IMG/VR virus record: IMGVR_UViG_3300020281_000001
Span: 1,442 to 65,441 of that record
DNA: 64,000 nt
From: a virus
Taxonomy: Duplodnaviria; Caudoviricetes
Strand: one strand, 5' to 3'
In this document: piece by piece, positions 9,391 to 17,538 of the stretch
How the letters are laid out: each line of letters begins with the position of its first letter
Numbering within the stretch: position 1 is the stretch's first letter
Translations under genes and position numbers: made by a program
Notes under the pieces: generated by a model
Told to the model about the DNA's origin: nothing
Databases searched by the model: none
Seen by the model: the letters and a program-made list of their open reading frames with translations, nothing else

Positions 9391-9786
9391 ATGGCAAAAT
9401 TTATAAAATTTCCAATAGTTAAAGATAGCGCGGCTCAGCCACTAGGCCCATCTTATGATGTTTTAATTAACATTGAAGATATAGCTAAAATCGCAGCTAC
9501 AGGTAACACTGGACAAAATGCAAAAACTTTAGTTGTTAGCTACAAGCAATCAGCTATTGGCACACCAGACGCTACAAATCCAAAAACAGCTACGTTTGCT
9601 GTTCATGCAGATACTGATGGATCTGTAAACCCAACGCTTACTACTGGTCAACCTAATACTATTTACAATGCGGTAAATAAAGCATTAACTGCTAACCCAG
9701 GTGGTGTTTCTTCTACTGTACAACTAGGTAAAGATCAAGCGGCTACTCCGCTACAAATGTACTTTAGTGCAGTAACATACGCATAG
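9391..9786 (+). CDS. Hypothetical protein, probable abundant virion (capsid decoration-like) protein
   Basis: A/T/G-rich composition, capsid-like codon usage, long CAA-repeat leader. Confidence 0.65.
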   Translation: MAKFIKFPIVKDSAAQPLGPSYDVLINIEDIAKIAATGNTGQNAKTLVVSYKQSAIGTPDATNPKTATFAVHADTDGSVNPTLTTGQPNTIYNAVNKALTANPGGVSSTVQLGKDQAATPLQMYFSAVTYA

Positions 9787-9790
9787 TATT

Positions 9791-9946
9791 ATGAAGTCAC
9801 AAGGATTAGGCGATTCAATAGAAAAGTTTACTACTAAAACAGGTATTAAGACCATTGTTGATAAAGTCAGCGAAGGTCTTAATATTCCTTGTGGTTGTCA
9901 ATCACGTAAAGAAGCGTTGAATAAAATGTTTCCATATAAACAATAA
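9791..9946 (+). CDS. 51-aa phage protein with GLGD...CGC..R...LN motif; not in the ORF track
   Basis: MKSQGLGDSIEKFTTKTGIKTIVDKVSEGLNIPCGCQSRKEALNKMFPYKQ; TAATG coupling to the next gene. Confidence 0.75.
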   Translation: MKSQGLGDSIEKFTTKTGIKTIVDKVSEGLNIPCGCQSRKEALNKMFPYKQ

Positions 9947-10251
9947 TGGCTTTTAAAATAAATAGACCTTATCCTAATTATTCTACTCCAATACATGAAG
10001 TAGCTTTAGAAGAAGGTGTTTTAGGTAAAGCGGATAGAAATGGAAATATATTAATTAATAAAAAAATAACAGATCCAAAGCAAAGAGAAGATGTTATCAA
10101 ACATGAAGAAGTACATATCAAACAAATGAAAGATGGTATTTTAGATTATGACGATAAATATGTTTATTATAGAGGTAAACGTTATGCCAGATCAAAAATG
10201 AAAGAGGGTAGTCCAACTTTGCAATGGGAAAAAGATGCAAATAAAAAATAA
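9946..10251 (+). CDS. Small zincin-like metallopeptidase
   Basis: GNILINK...VIKHEEVHIKQ (HExxH) with a downstream WEKDA glutamate. Confidence 0.7.
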   Translation: MAFKINRPYPNYSTPIHEVALEEGVLGKADRNGNILINKKITDPKQREDVIKHEEVHIKQMKDGILDYDDKYVYYRGKRYARSKMKEGSPTLQWEKDANKK

Positions 10252-10255
10252 TAAA

Positions 10256-10543
10256 ATGGGAAAAGGAAATAAATCAGTAAGTCAAGTACATCCTATAATG
10301 AAGCACATGAGTAACAGTGCTTTTAGACAAGAAGGTGTAGCTCAAGAAAAAAAAGATCTTATGGAAGATATGCCAGTAGATAAAGATGCAACTAGCAGAG
10401 GTATGTCTAAATATGGTCCACTTAAAGCTCATCATCCTATGAAAAAAATGGGTAGTATGAAAAAAGATGGTCTGCCTAAACACGGTCAACCATTTCATGC
10501 TTATGGAAAACCACCTATGAATAAATTAGGTTATAAAGAATAG
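10256..10543 (+). CDS. Met/Lys-rich small protein with repeated x-P-hydrophobic motifs
   Basis: Likely start MGKGNK at 10256; HPIMKH, GPLKAH, HPMKKM, QPFHAY, PPMNKL. Confidence 0.65.
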   Translation: MGKGNKSVSQVHPIMKHMSNSAFRQEGVAQEKKDLMEDMPVDKDATSRGMSKYGPLKAHHPMKKMGSMKKDGLPKHGQPFHAYGKPPMNKLGYKE

Positions 10544-10545
10544 AC

Positions 10546-10926
10546 ATGTGGAAATTACTACTAGGTCTTCTTAAAGGAGGTGATGGTAGAAAATCTGTCG
10601 CTGGAGGTTTAGCTTGGGAAATAAGAGAAGCCATTAAAGGTAAAGAACTTGATCCAGAAAAATTAATAGAATTACAAACAAAAATCAATATGGTTGAAGC
10701 CTCGCATAGAACTTTATTTGTTGCGGGGTGGCGACCTTTTGTAGGTTGGATATGTGGTTTTGCTTTAGCGTATAATTTTGTTATTCGTGATTTATTTATA
10801 TGGATTACAAAATCAACAGACGTACCACCACCACTACAAATGGAACATTTAATGACTGTACTATTAGGTATGTTAGGATTAGGTGGACTTAGAACTTATG
10901 AAAAAATAAAAGACAAAGTAAAATAA
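10546..10926 (+). CDS. Holin (3TM/DUF3154-like family)
   Basis: FVAGWRPFVGWICG...LLGMLGLGGLRTYEK signature. Confidence 0.85.
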   Translation: MWKLLLGLLKGGDGRKSVAGGLAWEIREAIKGKELDPEKLIELQTKINMVEASHRTLFVAGWRPFVGWICGFALAYNFVIRDLFIWITKSTDVPPPLQMEHLMTVLLGMLGLGGLRTYEKIKDKVK

Positions 10927-10928
10927 AA

Positions 10929-11540
10929 ATGGGATATTATCAAAATAATTTAAGTGATTTTGCAACCGGTGGAATAGAGTTGCAAGAATCTAAAACACTA
11001 AAAGCAGCTGCATTAAGTAATTTATCTACTAATACTATAGCTGGTTTACCAGCAAGTAGTAGCGCTATTGTATATGCCACTGGAGGTACATATCCTGGAG
11101 CTGCTAGTCTTGAAACAGTAAGTATACCAAGAGGTGTTACTTTAGGCGCAACGTTTTTAGTTGCTACAGATGGAGCTGGTGCGGTAACTAGTGTTACTGT
11201 TGCAAACCAAGGACCAAATGTTGGTGGTTCTGGACAAACAATAGAATTTAGTTTAGCCTCATTAAATTTAGCTTTTGGTTCAACAGGAATAACAGGAGCT
11301 CTTACAGCTACTATTGCTGGAGGTGATTTAGAAAGACCAAGCGGTATATTTAATGAGAAAAAACCTGCTTTATATGTAGGAGGTACAGGTGATATAAAAT
11401 TAACGTTAGCGTCTGACTCACAACCTATAATAGTAAAAAGTATAGCAGCAAGCACAATTTTACCCTTTGCTGTATCAAGGGTATATAATTTAACAAGTGA
11501 TACAGAAACAACAGCAACAGAAATTATAGCGCTGTTATAA
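10929..11540 (+). CDS. Virion structural protein
   Basis: LYVGGTGDIKLTL...ILPFAVSRV...TTATEIIAL module with an inserted G/A/T-rich domain. Confidence 0.65.
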   Translation: MGYYQNNLSDFATGGIELQESKTLKAAALSNLSTNTIAGLPASSSAIVYATGGTYPGAASLETVSIPRGVTLGATFLVATDGAGAVTSVTVANQGPNVGGSGQTIEFSLASLNLAFGSTGITGALTATIAGGDLERPSGIFNEKKPALYVGGTGDIKLTLASDSQPIIVKSIAASTILPFAVSRVYNLTSDTETTATEIIALL

Positions 11541-11568
11541 CAATAATTATTAATTTAAATTTAATCAA

Positions 11569-11835
11569 ATGACAAAAAAAACAAAAGAAGCTAAAAAGCT
11601 TACAGATAATCAACTAGCTACTATTAGAAAACAACAAGAAGAAATTGCTCAAATATTAAAAGATGTGGGGTTTTTAGAAACTCAAAAACACGGATTACTA
11701 CACAAATATGCAGGCGTTGTGGAAAAAGTAGAAGAGTTTAAAGTAGAATTAGAAAAAGAATATGGTGCTGTAAATATTAACTTAGAAGACGGTACATGTA
11801 CGCCTATAGAAGAAAAAACAAAAAAAAGTGAGTAA
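11569..11835 (+). CDS. Coiled-coil hypothetical protein
   Basis: Helical, ending LEKEYGAVNINLEDG. Confidence 0.7.
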   Translation: MTKKTKEAKKLTDNQLATIRKQQEEIAQILKDVGFLETQKHGLLHKYAGVVEKVEEFKVELEKEYGAVNINLEDGTCTPIEEKTKKSE

Positions 11836-12055
11836 TGTTATAAGAAAAATCAGTATTGGATCTGATTATAAAAATGACGCTATGCACTATGCTGTAGGCC
11901 AACAAGTATATGGTGGTCATACTATTTCACATATATTATGTGATGAAGAAAGTCAATCATATAATATTTTTATAAAAAAAGACGATGAGGTATTGCCTTG
12001 GAAAAAATTTAATTCTCAAATGGCAGTATCTGTTGAATATGATTTAGAATATTAA
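11828..12055 (+). CDS. Hypothetical protein
   Basis: GTG start, coupled to both neighbours. Confidence 0.7.
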   Translation: MSNVIRKISIGSDYKNDAMHYAVGQQVYGGHTISHILCDEESQSYNIFIKKDDEVLPWKKFNSQMAVSVEYDLEY

Positions 12056-12657
12056 TGAATAGTATATATCAATTTATTATAAAACCTGTAGGTGAAAGAT
12101 ATAATAATAAATTAAAAATAAACAATACAGAACTTATACTTAATTCAAGCATATCAAATCATAAATTTATAAATAGACACGCTGAAGTAGTTTCTGTTCC
12201 TCTTGCTTATAAAACAAACATAAAAAAGGGTGACACAATTATAGTACATCATAATTTATTTAGAAGATATTATAATTTAAAAGGCAAATCAGTAAATAGC
12301 ACTAAGTTTTTTAAGGACGATTTATATTTTGCACACCCATCTCAAGTTTATATGTATTATAAAAAAGAGTGGAAAACAAACGCTGATTATTGTTTTGTAA
12401 AACCAGTATTAGAAAAAGATACATATAAAAATACTAAATTAGTAAAAAATACTGGAATATTAAAATATACAAATAGCACATTAGAAGCCCTTAAAATTAA
12501 TACAGGAGATCTCGTTGGGTTTAAAAGTAATAGAGAGTTTGAGTTTATTATAGATAATGAACTTTTATATTGTATGGAATCAAATGATATTTTATTTAAA
12601 TATGGAAACAAACAAAACAAAAAAACGTATAATCCAAGCTGGGCAAAAAGCAGTTGA
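12055..12657 (+). CDS. Tandem GroES-like (double Cpn10) protein
   Basis: Two repeats of FIIKP/FVKP...KKGD/NTGD.V; C-terminal EFIIDNELLYCMESNDIL resembles the GroES end. Confidence 0.6.
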   Translation: MNSIYQFIIKPVGERYNNKLKINNTELILNSSISNHKFINRHAEVVSVPLAYKTNIKKGDTIIVHHNLFRRYYNLKGKSVNSTKFFKDDLYFAHPSQVYMYYKKEWKTNADYCFVKPVLEKDTYKNTKLVKNTGILKYTNSTLEALKINTGDLVGFKSNREFEFIIDNELLYCMESNDILFKYGNKQNKKTYNPSWAKSS

Positions 12658-12874
12658 AGAATTAATAAAAGTAGCTAAAGAAAAAATTGTAGATTCAGAA
12701 GATGATGTATCAGCTGATAGATTAAAAAACGCAGCTGCTACAAAAAAACTAGCTATATTTGATGCTTTTGAAATATTATCAAGAATTGAAGAAGAAGAAA
12801 ATATAATTAATTCTATTAATAAAAACACTAAAGCTTCTAGTTTTGGAGGCTTTGCTGAAGGAAGATCAAGATAA
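12602..12874 (+). CDS. Probable terminase small subunit
   Basis: Helical 90-aa protein directly upstream of and coupled to terL; likely start METNKTK. Confidence 0.55.
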   Translation: METNKTKKRIIQAGQKAVEELIKVAKEKIVDSEDDVSADRLKNAAATKKLAIFDAFEILSRIEEEENIINSINKNTKASSFGGFAEGRSR

Positions 12875-15096
12875 TGTATACAAACACTTTATATAAAATT
12901 TTACCTGATCATATAAAACCTAAAATTATAAAAAATAATAATAGGTATAAAAAATGGAAACCAGGTTATAACAAAGAACATGATGTTGTTGTTATAAGTA
13001 AAACAGGTAAAATAGGTGAGATATATGAAGTACAAAATTTAAAAATAGCTTTACCTTTAGTTGAAAAAGCTTATAAAAGATCTAAAAATAAAACAGATCA
13101 ATACTGGGAAATATTTGAATACCCTAAAGAATTATCAAAACTTAAAACAGTTTTTGATTGGAATCAAACATCATTAGATTTTAAAAACACTTGGTATGAC
13201 TATATTGATGAAGAATTTAAAAGACGTGAAGAAGGCTTTTGTTTCTATAACAATGGTGTTCCTACTTATATTACTGGTTCTCATTATATGTACTTGCAGT
13301 GGACAAAAATTGATGTTGGGAACGCAGAGTTTAGAGAAGCCAACAGAATTTTCTTTATCTTCTGGGAGGCATGTAAGTTGGATACCAGGTCATATGGATT
13401 GTGCTATCTCAAGAATAGAAGATCCGGATTTTCATTTATGGCTTCGTCAGAATTGGTACATCAGGCAACAATATCAAGTGATTCACGGTATGGGATACTT
13501 TCAAAGACTGGAGCTGATGCAAAGAAAATGTTTACAGACAAAGTTGTACCAATATCTGTCAACTACCCATTTTTCTTTAAACCCATTCAGGACGGTATGG
13601 ATCGCCCCAAAACTGAATTGGCATACAGGGTACCGGCCTCAAAATTCACAAGGCGAAAGATTGATCAGAACGAACGTCCCGAGGAACTCGTTGGGCTCGA
13701 CACCACGATCGACTGGAAGAACACCGGTGATAACTCGTACGACGGGGAGAAACTCAAATTACTCGCCCATGATGAATCGGGTAAATGGGAGAGACCAGAC
13801 AACATCCTCAACAACTGGAGGGTCACGAAGACGACATTAAGATTAGGTAGTAGAATTATAGGTAGATGTATGATGGGTTCTACATCTAATGCTTTAGATA
13901 AAGGAGGTAATAATTTTAAAAAACTGTATGATGCATCAGATGTCACAAAAAGAAACCGCAACGGACAGACTAATTCAGGATTATATAGTTTGTTCATACC
14001 TATGGAATGGAATTACGAAGGATACCTTAACGCTTATGGGTTTCCTGTATTCGAAACTCCAAAAAAACCAGTCAAAAGTATTGATGGATCCAACATTGAC
14101 ATCGGTGTTATCTCACACTGGGAAAATGAAGTTGAAGGATTAAAAAACGATCAAGATGGTTTAAACGAATTTTATCGTCAGTTTCCACGAACAGAAAAAC
14201 ATGCTTTTAGAGATGAAGCAAAACAATCTTTATTTAATCTAACTAAAATTTATGAACAAATTGATTATAATGAAGATTTAAAAAACACTAATGTAATTAC
14301 AAAAGGTAATTTTCAATGGGAAAATGGAATTAAAGATACTAGAGTTATATTTATACCTAATAATAATGGTAGGTTTTTAATTTCATGGGTACCAAACAGT
14401 GATTTACAAAATAAATATATTATAAAAAACGGTATAAAATATCCAGGAAATGATCATACAGGCGCATTTGGTTGTGATCCATATGATATTTCAGGAACTG
14501 TTGATGGTAGAGGATCTAAAGCTTCTTTACACGGTTTAACTAAGTTTTCAATGGAAGATGTACCACCTAATTTATTTTTTTTAGAATATATTGCAAGGCC
14601 TCAAACAGCGGAAATATTTTTTGAAGATGTTTTAATGGCTTTAGTTTTTTATGGTATGCCATTACTTGCAGAAAATAATAAACCTAGATTATTATATTAT
14701 TTAAAAAGAAGAGGTTATAGAGGATATTCTATGAATCGTCCTGATAAAGTATATAATAAATTATCTATTACCGAAAGAGAAATAGGTGGTATACCTAATT
14801 CAAGTGAAGATATAAAACAAGCACATGCTGCTGCAATAGAAGACTATATTGAAAATTTTATTGGATTTAACAATGAAAGATATGGTGATATGTATTTTCA
14901 AAGAACACTAGAAGATTGGGCTAAGTTTAATATGAATAATAGAACTAAACATGATGCTTCAATAAGTTCTGGTTTAGCTATTATGGCTTGTAATAAAAAT
15001 AGATACACGCCTACAGTAAAAAGAACTATAAATAATTTACCTTTAGACTTTAAAAAGTATAATAATAAAGGAGTAACTTCAAAAATACTAAATTAA
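12874..15096 (+). CDS. terL: Terminase large subunit
   Basis: Walker A-like KNRRSGFS, Walker B LLAHDESGKW, GSTSN coupling motif, nuclease FGCDPYD, LAENN, HDASIS. Confidence 0.93.
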   Translation: MYTNTLYKILPDHIKPKIIKNNNRYKKWKPGYNKEHDVVVISKTGKIGEIYEVQNLKIALPLVEKAYKRSKNKTDQYWEIFEYPKELSKLKTVFDWNQTSLDFKNTWYDYIDEEFKRREEGFCFYNNGVPTYITGSHYMYLQWTKIDVGNAEFREANRIFFIFWEACKLDTRSYGLCYLKNRRSGFSFMASSELVHQATISSDSRYGILSKTGADAKKMFTDKVVPISVNYPFFFKPIQDGMDRPKTELAYRVPASKFTRRKIDQNERPEELVGLDTTIDWKNTGDNSYDGEKLKLLAHDESGKWERPDNILNNWRVTKTTLRLGSRIIGRCMMGSTSNALDKGGNNFKKLYDASDVTKRNRNGQTNSGLYSLFIPMEWNYEGYLNAYGFPVFETPKKPVKSIDGSNIDIGVISHWENEVEGLKNDQDGLNEFYRQFPRTEKHAFRDEAKQSLFNLTKIYEQIDYNEDLKNTNVITKGNFQWENGIKDTRVIFIPNNNGRFLISWVPNSDLQNKYIIKNGIKYPGNDHTGAFGCDPYDISGTVDGRGSKASLHGLTKFSMEDVPPNLFFLEYIARPQTAEIFFEDVLMALVFYGMPLLAENNKPRLLYYLKRRGYRGYSMNRPDKVYNKLSITEREIGGIPNSSEDIKQAHAAAIEDYIENFIGFNNERYGDMYFQRTLEDWAKFNMNNRTKHDASISSGLAIMACNKNRYTPTVKRTINNLPLDFKKYNNKGVTSKILN
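13196..13840 (+). CDS. Nested +1-frame ORF in terL: predicted lipoprotein
   Basis: 214 open codons; signal-peptide-like MKNLKDVKKAFVSITMVFLLILLVLIICTC; local GC about 52% (13621-13800). Confidence 0.6.
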   Translation: MTILMKNLKDVKKAFVSITMVFLLILLVLIICTCSGQKLMLGTQSLEKPTEFSLSSGRHVSWIPGHMDCAISRIEDPDFHLWLRQNWYIRQQYQVIHGMGYFQRLELMQRKCLQTKLYQYLSTTHFSLNPFRTVWIAPKLNWHTGYRPQNSQGERLIRTNVPRNSLGSTPRSTGRTPVITRTTGRNSNYSPMMNRVNGRDQTTSSTTGGSRRRH

Positions 15097-17513
15097 TGGT
15101 TAATATTAACTATAACAGTGCTTTTCCAGATCAGGTGGTACCTGAAGAAGAGAAAAAGTCAAAAGAGTATGGTTTACAAGTAGCCCAAGCAATTGAATAT
15201 GAGTGGTTTAAAAACTCTAGTGGTCAAAATAGATATATTAATAATTTTCAAAATTTTAATAGATTAAGACTTTATGCTAGAGGAGAACAACCAGTACAAA
15301 AATATAAAGATGAATTAGCTATAAATGGTGATTTATCTTATTTGAATTTAGATTGGAAACCTGTTCCTATATTATCTAAGTTTGTAGATATAGTAGTAAA
15401 TGGTATGACACAAAAAGGTTATGAAATAAAATCTTTTGCTCAAGATCCATTTGCTATAAAAAATAAAACTACATTTGCTCAAAACGCTATAAGAGATATT
15501 GAAAATAAAGAAATGATTGAAGCATTACAAGCTCAATTAGGTCCTAATGCTAATTTGTTTGCGTCAGCATCACCAGATGATTTACCTGGAACCACAGAAG
15601 AATTGGATCTTTATTTACAATTAAACTTTAAACAAAGTGTTGAAGTAGCAGAAGAAGAAGTTATAAATAATATTTTAGATTATAACAAGTATGATCAAGT
15701 AAAAAAACAATTAGCTTATGATCTTACTGTTTTAGGTATAGGTTGTGTTAAAACTGATTTTAATTTATCAGAAGGAATAACTATAGACTATGTAAATCCA
15801 GCTAATTTAGTATATTCATATACTGATGATCCTAACTTTGAAGATATATATTATGTAGGTGAAGTTAAAAGTATGTCTTTGTCAGAAGTTAAAAGACAGT
15901 TTCCTTATTTAACAGATGCAGAATTAGAAGAAATACAAAAATATCCAGGTAGAAATACATATTTAGAAAATACTTGGTGGGGTCAAGATACTAAAGATCA
16001 AGTACAAATACTTTATTTTGAATATAAAACATATCAAGATCAAGTTTTTAAAATAAAACAAACTGAACAAGGTTTAGAAAAAACATTAGAAAAACCAGAT
16101 ACATTTAATCCTCCACCTAGTGATAATTTCAATAGAATATCAAGATCAATAGAAGTATTATATAGTGGTGCTAAAGTTTTAGGATTAGGTAATAATATTT
16201 TAAAATGGGAGTTAAGTGAAAACATGACTAGACCTTTTGGTGATACAACTAAAGTTAATATGAATTATGTTATTAGCTCACCTAGAATGTATCAAGGTCG
16301 TATAGAATCTATTGTAAGTAAAACTGTTGGTTTTGCAGATATGATTCAGTTAACTCATTTAAAATTACAACAAGTAATATCAAGATTAGTACCTGATGGT
16401 GTTTATTTAGATGTTGATGGATTAGCAGAAGTTGATTTAGGTAATGGAACAAATTATAATCCTGCTGAAGCATTAAATATGTATTTTCAAACAGGTAGCG
16501 TAGTAGGAAGATCTTTAACTCAAGATGGTGATTTAAATAGAGGTAAGGTGCCTGTACAAGAATTACAAACCTCTTCCGGTATGTCTAAAATACAGTCGAT
16601 GATACAAACTTATCAATATTATTTACAAATGATAAGAGATGTAACCGGACTTAATGAAGCAAGAGATGGCAGTACACCTGATAAAAACGCTTTAGTTGGG
16701 TTACAAAAACTAGCAGCTGCTAATTCTAATACAGCTACTAGACATGTATTACAAGCTTTAATGTATTTAACTGTAAGAATTTGTGAAAATATTAGTTTAA
16801 GAGTATCAGACATGTTACAGTTTCCAACAACTAAACAGTCTTTGATAAACAGTATAAATGGTTTTAATACATCAACATTACAAGAAATTGAAAAATTATC
16901 TTTACATGATTTTGGAATATTTTTAGAACTTGAACCTGATGAAGAAGAAAAAGCTCAACTAGAACAAAGTATACAAATTGCATTGCAAGCTAAAAATATA
17001 GGTTTAGAAGATGCTATAGATTTAAGAGAAATAAAAAATATTAAACTTGCTAATCAAATGCTTAAATTAAGACAAAAACAAAAGCAAGAAAAAGATAGAG
17101 CTCAACAATTAGAAAATATACAAGCACAAGCAAATGCTAACGCCCAGTCAGCTGAAAAAGCAGCCATGGCAGAAGTACAAAAAAATCAAGCATTAGCTGA
17201 TACAGAGGTTCAAATAGAACAAGCAAAATCTCAATTTGAAATACAACGTATGGAGCAAGAAGCATTAATTAAAAAACAATTAATGGCTGAAGAATTTAGA
17301 TATAACATACAACTTGAAGAAATGAGATCTCAAACAAAACGTCAAAAAGAAACGGAAATAGAAGATAGAAAAGATAAACGCATACAAATGCAAGGAACTC
17401 AAGAGAGTGAATTAATAAATCAAAGACAAAATGATACATTACCTATAAATTTTGAAAGTGCTGGTAATGATAATTTAGATGGGTTTGGTTTAGAGCAGTT
17501 TGCTCCACAATAG
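15096..17513 (+). CDS. Portal protein
   Basis: 805 aa directly after terL; RDVTGLNEARDG motif and Q/E-rich coiled-coil C-terminus of podovirus-type portals. Confidence 0.88.
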   Translation: MVNINYNSAFPDQVVPEEEKKSKEYGLQVAQAIEYEWFKNSSGQNRYINNFQNFNRLRLYARGEQPVQKYKDELAINGDLSYLNLDWKPVPILSKFVDIVVNGMTQKGYEIKSFAQDPFAIKNKTTFAQNAIRDIENKEMIEALQAQLGPNANLFASASPDDLPGTTEELDLYLQLNFKQSVEVAEEEVINNILDYNKYDQVKKQLAYDLTVLGIGCVKTDFNLSEGITIDYVNPANLVYSYTDDPNFEDIYYVGEVKSMSLSEVKRQFPYLTDAELEEIQKYPGRNTYLENTWWGQDTKDQVQILYFEYKTYQDQVFKIKQTEQGLEKTLEKPDTFNPPPSDNFNRISRSIEVLYSGAKVLGLGNNILKWELSENMTRPFGDTTKVNMNYVISSPRMYQGRIESIVSKTVGFADMIQLTHLKLQQVISRLVPDGVYLDVDGLAEVDLGNGTNYNPAEALNMYFQTGSVVGRSLTQDGDLNRGKVPVQELQTSSGMSKIQSMIQTYQYYLQMIRDVTGLNEARDGSTPDKNALVGLQKLAAANSNTATRHVLQALMYLTVRICENISLRVSDMLQFPTTKQSLINSINGFNTSTLQEIEKLSLHDFGIFLELEPDEEEKAQLEQSIQIALQAKNIGLEDAIDLREIKNIKLANQMLKLRQKQKQEKDRAQQLENIQAQANANAQSAEKAAMAEVQKNQALADTEVQIEQAKSQFEIQRMEQEALIKKQLMAEEFRYNIQLEEMRSQTKRQKETEIEDRKDKRIQMQGTQESELINQRQNDTLPINFESAGNDNLDGFGLEQFAPQ

Positions 17514-17538
17514 ATTATTAATTTTATATTATTATATT

